Below are positions 23,241 to 35,295 of a DNA stretch of 64,000 nt, piece by piece. The translations under genes were made by a program, and so were the position numbers. Under the pieces are notes generated by a model. It did no database searches and was not told the origin of the DNA. It saw only the letters and a program-made list of their open reading frames with translations. Origin of the DNA: Veleropilina oligotropha (lineage: Eukaryota); assembly GCA_048128005.1 (NCBI GenBank), contig JBEUKZ010000009.1, positions 434,001 through 498,000 of the forward strand. Reading direction: 5' to 3'. How positions within the stretch are numbered: the stretch's first letter is position 1; the number at the start of each line of letters is the position of its first letter.

Positions 23241-25314
23241 GGTCCTTCATATCTGCCGCTCTCTTGTCGACAAACTCCGAAAAGTTGTCGCCAAAGAGAG
23301 TGGTAGCCGAGCAAGGCACGCATCGCAACGAGCGCCGGGTGGCCTCGTCTAGCGAGGTGCCTTCCAGGCAAGCGTCCCTACGAAGTAGGAGCGCATTGCC
23401 CAGGACACGTCCCGTCTCCAACGCACTGGTCTCCTGTGCGGCAGCAACCTCCTGGAGGAAGGACAGGGCAGCCTCGTGGGCGCCGGGTCCATCCTCCTGT
23501 AGTACGGCTATCGCACCGTCCAGGAAAAAATCCTGTACGGACGACAGCCGTAGAGCCCGTCGGGCGGCGCTCTCGAAAGATTCCAAGGCGGACCAAGGAA
23601 CTTTCGCCACGGAGGGAGTGTGACTGGCGGTCAGTCGACGCAACGAAGCGTCGACACGAGCCGGGACAGTCGCTAGGCACGGACCAGTACAGGCGAACGG
23701 GATCGCTCGCGAACTGGCCCGGAGGTACCTCCCACTACGGAACCCCGAAGGGAACTCGTTCAGCGGGGAGGACTCCACCGGATTGCGCCCCTGAATGAGC
23801 TTGGTGATCGAGTCGACGACAAGATCAACCAACCCAGACTGAGGTAAGGAGGGGAGCTCGGGGGCTTCCCTCGCAACAAACCGATGTGCTGCCGTCCTGT
23901 GTTTGACTATGTCTACGGCCGACCGAGTCGGTTCCGACAAGCCAAGCACCCCGCGAAGTGACGCAACGGCGTCGAGCCTTCGGCGGGTGGAGGAGGTCGG
24001 CTCCTGCATGCCCGAAAGACTAGCGTCTTCGGGCCCGACCGATTCAGGGAGGTCGGAGTGACGTGAATCGAGGTCCTCGTCGGAACGAGGGTCGATCTCC
24101 ATCACGGAGGCAGGAGCCGTGCTCTGCGCCATGGGCAGATGTGTAGGTACCAGGCGCGGCTGGGGAGCCGTCGGCCAGGCCTTACACTGTTCCTCGATAC
24201 CCGCCGCAATCCATGCCTGGACGTTCTCCAAAGAGAAACCCGGAGGCAGGACGGACGGTGAACTAACAGCCGGTAGTTCAGCCGAGGAAACCGTGGCGCA
24301 AGGTAGACGGGCTGCACGGACAGGTGGGGCCGAGGACCAGGGTCCAAGGGCACCTGTCGAGGGGTCGAACCCGAAGGGCTGGCCCGAAGGCGCAGTCGGT
24401 GGGCCGGACGACCGATAGAACTGCGGCAACAGTTCAGATCGGTCTACCACTCTGCTCGGTCGAGGCACGGTCGGAAAACCGCCGTAGAACCCCGTCCCGA
24501 ACGCAGCCGGTCTGTCCACGTTCTCTAGCGTGACCATCGTGGGTGCACGGGAAAGAACGGGCCCTCTGAATATCTCGTGAGCTTCGAGGTTGAGCGGAAA
24601 ACCCCTAGGGGAAGTCGCGTCGGTCTCGATCGAGGATCCAGGTGTCGCCGATTGTCCGGGTCTTAGACCTACAAGTAGGTGCCCGGCCTCTTTAAAGGCT
24701 TTCTCTGCATTGAGTCTGTCACCGTAGGAAGACGGTGAGTTTCCCGCAGAAGGACTAACTGTCCCCTTATTCTTCGAGGCCGAAGAAAAGGTAGGGGATT
24801 GTCTGCCCTGTTCAGCGGTTCGCTGCGCTGCCAGATATACCTTGCTAGCCGGCAAGGTATGGTTGGCTGCAGTTACTTGGCCCGTTAGAGGAGGAACGGT
24901 CGGCACTCGGGCCGGTACCTGAATCTGGGGTCCCGGCAGGGTTTCGGTGACTCCCCCAAGAGTCGCGGAGGTTTCGCCGGGTGCCGTTCCGGCGACAGCT
25001 GGCCCCTTAGGTCTGCTGGCGTCCATTAGCGTCCCTGAATCAGAGAAAGAAGAAACGTTATCCCTTACGGAACCCCTAAGGGAACTCGTTAACTTACTCG
25101 CCTCTTCCTGACCCTGGTCCGGGGGAGGACCCGCCGTGGCAGTCGCCCTGGTCGACTTACCCTGGTGGGAGAGAACAGCCCACTGCTTATCTGATAAAAG
25201 AAGGCACAGATCACATTGAAGTTTTAAACTACAAGTACGGTGAACACGGCATTCCTTGTGCTTATCAAATCCGTGTATTTTCTGGTTACACCCGGAGCTA
25301 CTGCACCGGACCAT
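23032..25314 (-). CDS. DIRS copy 1 ORF1 (gag-like, 760 aa)
   Basis: ATG 25314; N-terminal Cys/His cluster (CSSSGC..HKECRVHRTC..CDLC), low-complexity middle, LLLRRD..L motif, basic C-terminus. Confidence 0.88.
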   Translation of the reverse strand: MVRCSSSGCNQKIHGFDKHKECRVHRTCSLKLQCDLCLLLSDKQWAVLSHQGKSTRATATAGPPPDQGQEEASKLTSSLRGSVRDNVSSFSDSGTLMDASRPKGPAVAGTAPGETSATLGGVTETLPGPQIQVPARVPTVPPLTGQVTAANHTLPASKVYLAAQRTAEQGRQSPTFSSASKNKGTVSPSAGNSPSSYGDRLNAEKAFKEAGHLLVGLRPGQSATPGSSIETDATSPRGFPLNLEAHEIFRGPVLSRAPTMVTLENVDRPAAFGTGFYGGFPTVPRPSRVVDRSELLPQFYRSSGPPTAPSGQPFGFDPSTGALGPWSSAPPVRAARLPCATVSSAELPAVSSPSVLPPGFSLENVQAWIAAGIEEQCKAWPTAPQPRLVPTHLPMAQSTAPASVMEIDPRSDEDLDSRHSDLPESVGPEDASLSGMQEPTSSTRRRLDAVASLRGVLGLSEPTRSAVDIVKHRTAAHRFVAREAPELPSLPQSGLVDLVVDSITKLIQGRNPVESSPLNEFPSGFRSGRYLRASSRAIPFACTGPCLATVPARVDASLRRLTASHTPSVAKVPWSALESFESAARRALRLSSVQDFFLDGAIAVLQEDGPGAHEAALSFLQEVAAAQETSALETGRVLGNALLLRRDACLEGTSLDEATRRSLRCVPCSATTLFGDNFSEFVDKRAADMKDRAIEKAVLHPTRGPPAGSKKRSGPTPAPKPSKRAKPSSGGRPPAVKPTPKKQAPPAKSRKQSGRGKPRP

Positions 25315-26085
25315 AGCTGAATACACGGGAGGGAGGGAGTGGGTGTATGGGGAGATAAATAGGTATATATAAGGTAGTGTGACTATGTACTACGACAACT
25401 TCCTTTTAAATTGCCCTGATCTGAAGATCAAAGATCAGCGATATACCGCCAAAAAAACCCCGAACTGGGATCACCGAGGTCGGGTAATTACCCGACGCGA
25501 CCCGGTAAAAACCCGGCAAATGAACTAAAACAAAAGGGGGTTTGCTCTTAGAACAAACCGCCCAGAAAAACACCTGAAAAACCTCGCGGATGTTTTTATG
25601 TTAGTACAATGGCGTATTATCCCAGAAACGGCAGGATATCAGAATAACTTAAAGGAATATCAGAACAGTCCTGCCTATTAACGACGCTAGAAATTTTACA
25701 CAAAAATAACCAGCAATAGCGTCGTTAAGGAATTATCCAATATAATGAGTTACCTGTTTGCAGTCTCAAACAATATCAGATAATAATACCGACCAGAAAC
25801 TTCTTCTAATTACGAATTTTCCCCTCTAGGCGGCCATGCTTTTCCCTGCAACAGCGGCGATGTCGGTTTCAGGTGACTTTTAGAACACGAATCTTCAAAT
25901 CAGCTCGATCAACACTATTCACATGTGTTTATAATATCCACAACACAGGGTTATAATCCTTCACAACTTATTATAAAGTTGTTAAATTAATAGCCCTCGA
26001 TCTTAACGCATTAGCGTCTGAAAAATCGAAGACAAAGTCGAAAGATTTGCGGAGCAAAAAAACACGTCTTTCCGTTTTCGCGGAA

Positions 26086-26288
26086 AACTTTGAATTGAGG
26101 TCTTGTGACTTCGATGCTTCGGACGTCTCGCGAGACTTGGCGAGATCTCGCTGAGGGAACTTAGGAGAGCGGGAGCAGGGGAGGTGATCGTGGTACGTTT
26201 TGACTTATAAAGAGTGCATAATGTGACTTATTCACTGTTTCCGGTTAGCGATAATATTACTATTATGGCAAGAGTAAGGACGTAAGTA
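26086..26288. repeat. DIRS copy 1 5' ITR
   Basis: Inverted copy of 18863-19065. Confidence 0.93.
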
Positions 26289-27957
26289 AGTTTGTAACTA
26301 CATATGCACTAATACAACATTAACAGGGCTGAAGCGAATCAACTCGAATCTACTCTTAGTCGACGTCCATCCCCAAGTTTGTGGAACTACACAAACTAAG
26401 GCAACTAGTGGCCAAGAGCACTTATATCACACAACCCATCATCGACAGTTTAAAATTGAACACTTTCGTTTCGGGGGATACAATTAACAAACATGCCACA
26501 AATTTTTCAACCGTAATCACAAACTCTGAACAATGAAGTAAGTTGCAGTGTGCAATGGAGACATCGTTCATGGGGTATTTTAAGTTATACGTATGCATCT
26601 CATCGATTATCAGCAACTACTCTGACAACCATATTTGGTGATTCAGTACATCAATATGGATATTGGCCATCATACACGGCATATAGTGGATGCATCAACA
26701 GTACATGTACTAGTCTCAATATAAAGCTGTTCGAACCGGTTACCTGTTTATTGTGGGGACTAATCCCTTTGGTGTAAGGAAATTACAATATATAATGTAC
26801 CTCTGTTCAGTTTAATTGAGTTGACATCTCTAATGAAACAGGCCCATTATAACCAGGGAGAACAGACCATGATTTGACATAATTTTTTAAATAAATTCAA
26901 CTTGTCGACTTAAAAAATAACACGATGCATAAATCAGCACATATGTTGAATTTCTAGTTAAAAGTATACATCATAACAAAATGTTATGATGAGATTGTTG
27001 ACAACAATATCATTTATAACAGGATCAGACGACTATGCGTGAATATGTATGTTATGTTTGTTTGTGGTCAACAATATTTAACATACACGTATCTTACATT
27101 ATTGATCATTATCATTTAATGATATAAATATGTATATTATTTACTTTATTACATTTATACTAAATTCATTCATACTTGCAATATGTATCACACGGTCACA
27201 AAAGCCCTGTTACACTACCAAATATAATGCACATTAAAATAAACCGGCTTCGAACCGCTTACACGCAATTACAGATTAGTTTCGTGGGTCTTATCACCTT
27301 GTAATCGTAGGTCGGCTCAACAGGACCAAGTCACGTGCATATGCTCGCATCGATAGAAGCATGTGCATACATACGACTCATAGCGAGGCAATCCGGTTCA
27401 AAGTCACTTGCGCGTTTACACTACAAAATGGATCGGATTGAAATATTTAAGCCGGTTTCAAACCACATCCGGAGGTGGATCATTTTAAGCCGGTTCAAGT
27501 CGACTCATTAACACATGCCAAATATAATGCGCATTAAAATAAACCGGTTTCGAACAGGCTTAAATTGTTTAGTATAAATGGGGCTATGCATTCTATTTGT
27601 ATCATATTTATGTGCTTAGAACTACATTAGAATTAGCGAAATATAAATGTATGAAATAATATTATAAATCATCAACAACTGTCTAATATTATGGGGATAT
27701 ATATAAATATAATAAATAATATTATAGAAAATGATATTATAAATCATCAAGAAACTGTCTAATGATATGGGGACAAACTGTCCGGAGACGAATTGTCCTA
27801 GGGACAAATTGTCCAGGGACAAATTGTCCAATGACAAATTTTCCAGGATAAATTGTCCAGGACAAATTGTCCTGATAACACCGCCGTCACCGTCACTTGA
27901 CCATGTTATACAGTGTTAGGAGTGGTAGTAGATTAATTGACTTTCATTTATTTGAAC

Positions 27958-28870
27958 TTAATCCATTTTGACCTAGTTTTCTTTTATTATTATAACTGTT
28001 GATTATACTACACGAATCCACTGCTACAATTCCATTGTGTCTGGTTACAAGACCAATTAAACAAGCGTTATGTGCATTAATTCGATGCTATGGACAATTC
28101 CATTCCAGAAAGTGAGGAAAGCATGTTTAACGCAGTATATAATCCAAAGAGGTCGATTTATCTGTGGACGAGTCCATTCTAATACACATGGACACTGAAA
28201 AGAAAATATCAATTATTTTAACACGTAGACAACACTTTTGCACCAACAATAAACTTCAAGCACATTAAATTCGTTACCTAAATAAAGAAAATGCAATACA
28301 CGTTTATCGTTCAGAAGAATCCGGCAATACTCCATATAATGGTGTTGTTCATATGAACGATTTTCCATTGCTTTACTTTGAAATGAACACCAAGAGCTAT
28401 TTAAAATACAACATATATTTGAATATTATAGTTTACCTGATGCTCTCTCCAGATGGAAATCCCACGTGTGCTCTGGTCAAACATCTGAAGCCAAGTGTAG
28501 CGTGCTTTGAAATGTACATCATCGTGACGCAAAAATATTCACCTTGCATGCGGGTATAATTGCACTTAGCGAGCACATTAAATATCTATTCATAAAGATG
28601 ATTCTATTTAATTGGAACTGATGTCCGACGGGGGTATATGAGAGCAATCAATATTTTTCACAAAGTATGCTTCTTATTTTTCTTAAATGGGCGATTTATG
28701 TATATACAGTATTAATGTTTAACAAGTAAAACATAACAAATGATGTCAAAATGGATTAAGCAAGTTAACCAACTTGGGACTGTGGATTCGTGTAAAATAA
28801 TTTACTTGGGCCTGTCAGCCCTCGTGAATTATTTTACACGAATCCACAGTCCCTCATTGGTTAACCTATA
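27958..28870 (-). mobile_element. Crypton-like hairpin element, copy B
   Basis: Reverse-complement homologue of 16996-17940, more diverged. Confidence 0.75.
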
Positions 28871-28871
28871 C

Positions 28872-29816
28872 TTAATCCATTTTGACCTAGTTTTCTTTTG
28901 TTATAACTGTTGATTATTCTACACGAATCAACTGCTACAAAATCATTGTGTCTGCTTAGAAGACCAATTAAACAAGCGTTATGTGCATTAATTCCATGCT
29001 ATGGACGATTCCATTCCAGAAAATGAGGAAAGCATGTTTAACGCAGTATATAATCCAAAGAGGTAGATTTATCTGCGGACGAGTCCATTCTAGTACACGT
29101 GGATACTGAAAAGAAAATATTAATTATTTTAAGGCGTAAACAACACTTTTGCACTGACAACAAACTTCAAGCACATTAAATTCGTTACCCAAATGAAGAA
29201 AATGTAATACACGTTTAACGTTCAGAAGAATCTGGCAATACTCCATATAATGCTGTTGTTCATATGAACGATGTTCCATTGCTTTACTTTGAAACGAACA
29301 CCGAGAGCTATTTAAATATTATATCACAGAAATGTCGTTAAAATACAACATATATTTGCAATATTATACTATACCTGATGCTCTCTGCAGAGGTAAATCC
29401 CACGTGTGCTCTGGTCAAACATCTGAAGCCAAGTGAGCGTGCTTTGAAATGTACATCATCATGACGCAAAAATACTTCGCCCTGCATGCTGGTATAATTG
29501 CACTTAACGAGCACATTAAACATCTATTCATAACCATGATTAAGCGGTGCCTTCAACTAATTAGGAATGGGATCCGACAGGAGTTTTGGGAGAGTAAACC
29601 CCAATTCGTACAAAATTTCTATTTTATTGTTTTTAAATTGGCGATTTCATGTATATAATAATGTTTAAAATATAACAAATAGCTAATATTGTCAAAATGG
29701 ATTAAATAAGTTAACCAACTTGGGACTGTGGATTCTTGAAAATTAATTCACTTGGGCCTGTCGGCCCGCGTGAATTATTTTTCAAGAATCAACAGTCCCA
29801 CGTTGGTTAACCTATA
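28872..29816 (-). mobile_element. Crypton-like hairpin element, copy C (head-to-tail with B)
   Basis: Reverse-complement homologue of copy A, nearly identical over ~28872-29530. Confidence 0.75.
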
Positions 29817-30824
29817 CATAAACACTGGTCCAAACAAATTCTACGACTTTGAATACTAGTATCCTTTTTTCACTGAAAATACATTGTAGTAAGAAAACAA
29901 ACAATAAATTGTCCCGCTGATGAAGAAGTGGAAATTCAGGATATAGCGAAGATAATGATATGCTTTAAGGCATCAGGACTAAAAACATATGACTCCGAGT
30001 GCTCAGATATAAAATGGCCACTGCACTCAAGATATAATTAATGACGGTATACAAAAGACAGACTTGGTAATGTTCAGTTGAGTACTGCACACCTAGCAGA
30101 CATCTCCCGCTAATGAGGTGTATGATAAGAGGACTACGATTGATGTTACAATGTCGCATTCTGAATAACCCACTGATTCTGATTTAATTTATAAGGGTAC
30201 AAGGTGTGGTAGACAAATATGAAAAATGTAACATTATTTACATACAAAGAAACAAATTGGTCTGGCATCATGATCAATTATATATAGATGATTAAAATCA
30301 CAAGCGTATTTAAATTAACTCGACTAAATATATCACAAATACTGAGTAATTCAAATTGATAATATTATGTATTTCAATTATGACAATATAGACACTGTAT
30401 TTGAAACAATATGTTCTATGTGTTCTGTTTAAGTAAAACTATATATTTTAACAATATAATGATATTACCCTCCACGCACTAAGTCGCTAACCAAATAAAG
30501 CTAATTGCCATAATTGAAAGTAAACTATTGCTTCAACTAATATATAACAATTAACAAACTAATCTTGTTTTTCTTTAACAGTCAATGTCAAATAAAACAA
30601 TGAAAGTTACAAGAAAACAAAATGGGTTAACTTTGCTGCATACACCTACTCTGTAGTTTGCAAATATATCAGCAACTCCAAACATCAATTGTACCTAATT
30701 AACTGAAGTAATCACCACTCAGCCCGGGCACACGTCACATGATCATCGAGCTTTTAGTCGATGACCATCCTGGCATACAGCAGAGAACAGTGGTGTTTGC
30801 GGAAAGGTTAAATATTTGCCTCAC

Positions 30825-31340
30825 CTTTGTGAAGTCTCCATCGGGCGTGGCGTCCACCTCAGACACCGGCTCCAGCTGCCGGTACGCGTCGAGCATTACG
30901 TCCGCATTGGGGGCGGTCGATGGTTTCATCCTGTCGCAAAAGTCACCGTTCAGGGATTCCTGCTTGATACGTTTCTTTAGCGCAAACATTTCTCCGATTG
31001 TGGTCGGTGCGCACAGATTGCGACTGCCTACAAAGGCAGAGCGTATTTGGCTTAATTTGATCAGCGATTGTTTGGTGTCTGAGGCGTTTCGCTGGTCGCA
31101 CGTTACGTAATCTGGTGTCTTTTCGTCCCGGCTGTCGGCATCCAATTCGGAGGAGCTCTGTCCCAAATCGTCTCCGCTCAGCCGGCTTTCACTCGGGGAG
31201 CTAGCATCTGAGAAGCTGTCTGCAGCAGCGTGCGTATCGGTACGAGCCTCTTTACTCCGTACACAGTTTGCTGCGTTGCTAGCTTGTGAAGTGGGCGTTG
31301 TCTCTAGCAAGTTATCCTCGGTCATCGCCGTGTCCAAGGT
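30825..31340 (-). CDS. KLF3/8/12: KLF upstream exon (acidic/Ser-rich, 172 codons)
   Basis: Acceptor tttcattgtttcctcgcAG, donor AAG|GTGAGG; 516 nt open frame, GC-rich relative to flanks, phase 0 out matches the PVDLT exon. Confidence 0.7.
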
Positions 31341-32844
31341 CTGCGAGGAAACAATGAAACGTCAGTGACAACAAGACAATGCACATCCTAAAATACACAA
31401 CTATTATTGTTGTCACATAAACATCAACAACCAGACCCACAGGGAACCCCAAACGAGAAGCGCTATGTTAAAGCATAGCTTAACTTTCTTTGCGCAAACA
31501 AGTAGCTCTTCTGGTACTGTATCAATCACTTTTACTTGTACAGTACAGGGTTGGTCTTTATCCACACCTTGAAAACGACCGACAGTATTTCTAAGGGTTG
31601 AGCATGCATTCCGATTTTCAATAGAATAGACCATATCCAGGTAATATGTCTAACCCTTCATAAACAATTATGGCTATTTAGCAATGCGGGTCGAGCTGTC
31701 ATATTGATTGCGGCCATGAATGCACTTCCTACAAGTGTCAACAATGTATTTTGCTAGAATTCAATAAGGATTTTGGAAGTGAGTGTAGCATTTCCAGGCG
31801 AGACCAATTATCGTTGAATGTAGATAAATCCTCCCCACCCTTCCCTTATCTCGGTAAATACACCACTATCACTGCAATCAATGCATGCTTGGTTTTCTTT
31901 GCGAATCGTCCATAATTGCTATCATCGAAGAAAGCAGTGGTTAAAGTTTAAGCGGATAACAAGAAAGGTGAGGCCGAGATAATTAATCGCCATCAACTCC
32001 TAAAAAGTGTACGATTTCAAACTGTATGGCCTCAAAGTGAAACTAAGCAACGGTCACCAACTGCTTCGTACACAGAAACAAATATTTAACAATGACTGTA
32101 CAAACAGTGGGTATGGTGAGGCTGGCATATTACTATTAGTCGACTGTACCCCGCAGCTGGGGTAAACTTATTCGAGGTGCATGCTAATATTAGCATTACC
32201 TTAATTAAAATCATCGCTATGAGGAATGGTTTCCTTGCATCGTACACCTGGGAACATGATGTACGACTCATGAAACATAGAAAATTTTAAATATGCTGTA
32301 TTGATTGAACAGCCTGTAATAATTCGAATCATCTTACTGCACAGTGATAGAAAAATATAATAAGATGCTTAAATGATAGAGAATCATTTCTCATATGTAA
32401 TTTTCAGCAGCAGTATCAAATTGCAAGAACACATCATAAAGTACATTTAAAGTGTCGCTTGATGGCTAACAACGACATTGTAACAGCTTTCTGGGTGTTA
32501 AGTCATCAGACTTAAGGCTAGAATATAAATAACACTAGATAAATGTGACACGTATGAATAAATAAACAGTATACTTGATAAACCAGGAACAGGTCTGGAG
32601 ATGAGGAAAATTGAGCAAGGATCAGTTCAGTAACACATATTTTGTTTGATACATGTGATACATGTATAAACGATGATAGCATCATTTCAATCAACATAAA
32701 TTGAGAGGAATGTGTTGCCCTCAATATGGTGAGAGAGAAACAATTGTTTGTATAAATATGATTGTTGCTTACCTATTGTATTTAAGTAACCGCAACTATG
32801 TGTGATTAAGAAACAACGGATTAATATGGCGATGCCCATGAAAC

Positions 32845-34025
32845 AACTAGATGCTCAGTCACGAGTGACCGCATATGTATCCCCCAGTAATGACCTGTCT
32901 AGTTTTGCGATCACAAGGAATTCTTCTTTAAAATCCAAGATGGAGGCCACAGTGGCCATCTTGGAAGTCTGACCACATCCAATATCTCTAGGTATCGTGT
33001 CCTCACCCAAACCAATGCACATACCAAATTTGATAAAGTTCCATTAAGAAATGACCTGTCTAGAGCGATCACGAGGAATCTCTCGACGGCAGCCATCTTA
33101 GAGGTCGGACCACACCCGAGATCTATAAGTGTAGTGTCCTCACCCAAACTAATGCACATACCAAATTTGAAAACATTATGTTAAGAAATGACCTGTCTAG
33201 AGCGATCACGAGGAATCTCGATGTCGGCCATCTTGGAGTTCGGACCACACCCGAGATTTATAGTGTAGTGTCCTCACCCAAACCAATGCACATACCAAAT
33301 TTGAAAACATTCTGTTAAGAAATGACCTGTCTAGAGCGATCACAAGCAATTATGGTGGCCGTGGCGGCCATCTTGGAGGTCGAACCACACCCAAAATCTA
33401 TAGGTGTCGTGTCCTCGCCCCAACCAATGCACATACCAAATTTGAAAACATTCTGTTAAGAAATGGCCTGTCTAGAGCGATCACAAGCAATTATGGTGGC
33501 CGTGGTGGCCATCTTGGAGGTCGAACCACACCCAAAATCTCTAGGTGTCGTGTCCTCGCCCCAACCAATGCACATACCAAATTTGAAAACATTCTGTTAA
33601 GAAATGGCCTGTCTAGAGCGATCACGAGGAATTATGCATTAAAATTCAAGATGGAAGCCACAGCGGCCATTGGAGGTCGGACCACACCCAAATTATATAG
33701 GTGTCGTGTCCTCAACACAACCAATGCACATACTAAATTTGAAAACATTGCATTAAGAAACGGCCTGTCTAGAGCGATTACAAGGAATTATGCTTAAAAT
33801 TCAAGATGGAGGCCACAGCGGCCATCTTGGAGGTCGGACCACACCCAAATTCTATAGGTGTAGTGTCCTCGCCCCAACCAATGCACATACCAAATTTGAA
33901 AACATTCCGTTAAGAAACGGCCTACCTAGATCGATCATGAGGAATCTCTCGGCGGATGTGGACGCGGCGGCGTAGCGAACGCTAAACCATAGTATCCCCC
34001 GATACTTTCGTTTCGGGGGGTACAA
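32845..34025 (+). mobile_element. HINE/pearl-like element with ~120-157-bp tandem units
   Basis: AACTAG start, gtatccccc subterminal motif, units with ccaatgcacataccaaatttga, terminal gtatcccccga...tcggggggtac hairpin. Confidence 0.7.
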
Positions 34026-34741
34026 TTACAGAAAACAATGCCCTGAGACCATCACCTTTGCCACTAACCTGGCATTCACTTTTATTATAAATATTCTGCA
34101 ATAATCTTCATTCAATTAAAATTTATAAGTTTCTGCCTTCAACCAATGTCAACTTTGGAATTTGTTAATATTTTTAATTACCACATCCCACATTTCCCTG
34201 TCCATTATAAATTTGACATCTTCAGCTAATTTCCACCATGTTACACACACACCTTCAGTGGCCCATTACCATTAGTAGTCTGTGATGACCGCATACATCA
34301 TGTGACAAAAGACACGATGTCATCATGTCAGATGGACGTTACGTTCATTACCTACGAGTCTAGTATCCCTTGTCATCCTCTGAATCTAACCGTCTGCCAA
34401 ATAAAGAATGCGCTGTCATATTTTTCACACCTTATGAAAATTGCATACCTGCACAACCAGAAAGTCGCCACGCGACAGCCAAAACACAGAAGCAGACAGG
34501 AGTTTCACAAAAGAATCTCGGAGAAGAATAAAATTAAGGCTTAAAATAATGAAATATCATTTCATCCTATCTGTTAAGTCGTATTCGAACTTGAGTTGAA
34601 CATAAGAAAGGAAAGGAATATGTTAATAACATTTTAGGTAGAAAATCTTTATTCAATTTGCAAATGTCTATTAAGATGTACTCTTTTATCAACCTGATTT
34701 ATAAAGTTAAAAGAAAATTGTACAAATACATTTACTGGAAT

Positions 34742-34806
34742 TTTTATGTCTTGACCTTTTTGTAAAAAAGGACAAGACATTATCAAATGGTCCGTGTGTA
34801 TATACA

Positions 34807-34861
<55 letters not shown>

Positions 34862-35216
34862 CCGTCGATTTATTTGAAAACTACCCGCTCAATTTTCACC
34901 AAAATTGGTACACACATTCCCAAGAGTATTTGTAGGTCGTGTATATAACTTTCGCGACACAATTTTGCAAAAATATGCATTTATTGAACACTTTTATCCA
35001 TATTCGTATGTAACTGATGTCTAACATTGCAAGCAAATAGCAATGACGTCATTATGACGTCGCTTTAGATTAATCGTCATTTGGGTGACGTCACATTCGA
35101 CGGGGTAGTAAATTCAGCCATGAAGTACTTGCACTTAGCCATTGTATTCACTGTTATGAAAATTTGAGGGAAATAAAGAAAGGTCAAGACATATTTCGAA
35201 CGCGTCGTTCTTGTTT
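34742..35216 (-). mobile_element. HINE-like element with (TA)n tract
   Basis: Minus strand starts aacaagaacg, subterminal atgtcttgacctt repeat, (TA)n at 34798-34861, terminal hairpin. Confidence 0.55.
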
Positions 35217-35295
35217 AATCATTTTACAGAACATTTAACAATATGCTGGCAAGATTGATTTCTTTTCGACCATATTTTCTGTCAGACAGTCAGTT

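Larger units (their letters stand above)
18824..26305 (-). mobile_element. DIRS-type tyrosine-recombinase retrotransposon, copy 1 (apparently intact)
   Basis: ITRs, ICR, gag / RT-RNaseH-MT / YR ORFs all open; ATAT at both ends. Confidence 0.95.

Noticed and set aside
21065..24533. Many plus-strand ORFs antisense to DIRS genes
   Set aside because: Expected in GC-rich coding DNA; short, fragmented, no recognisable domains.
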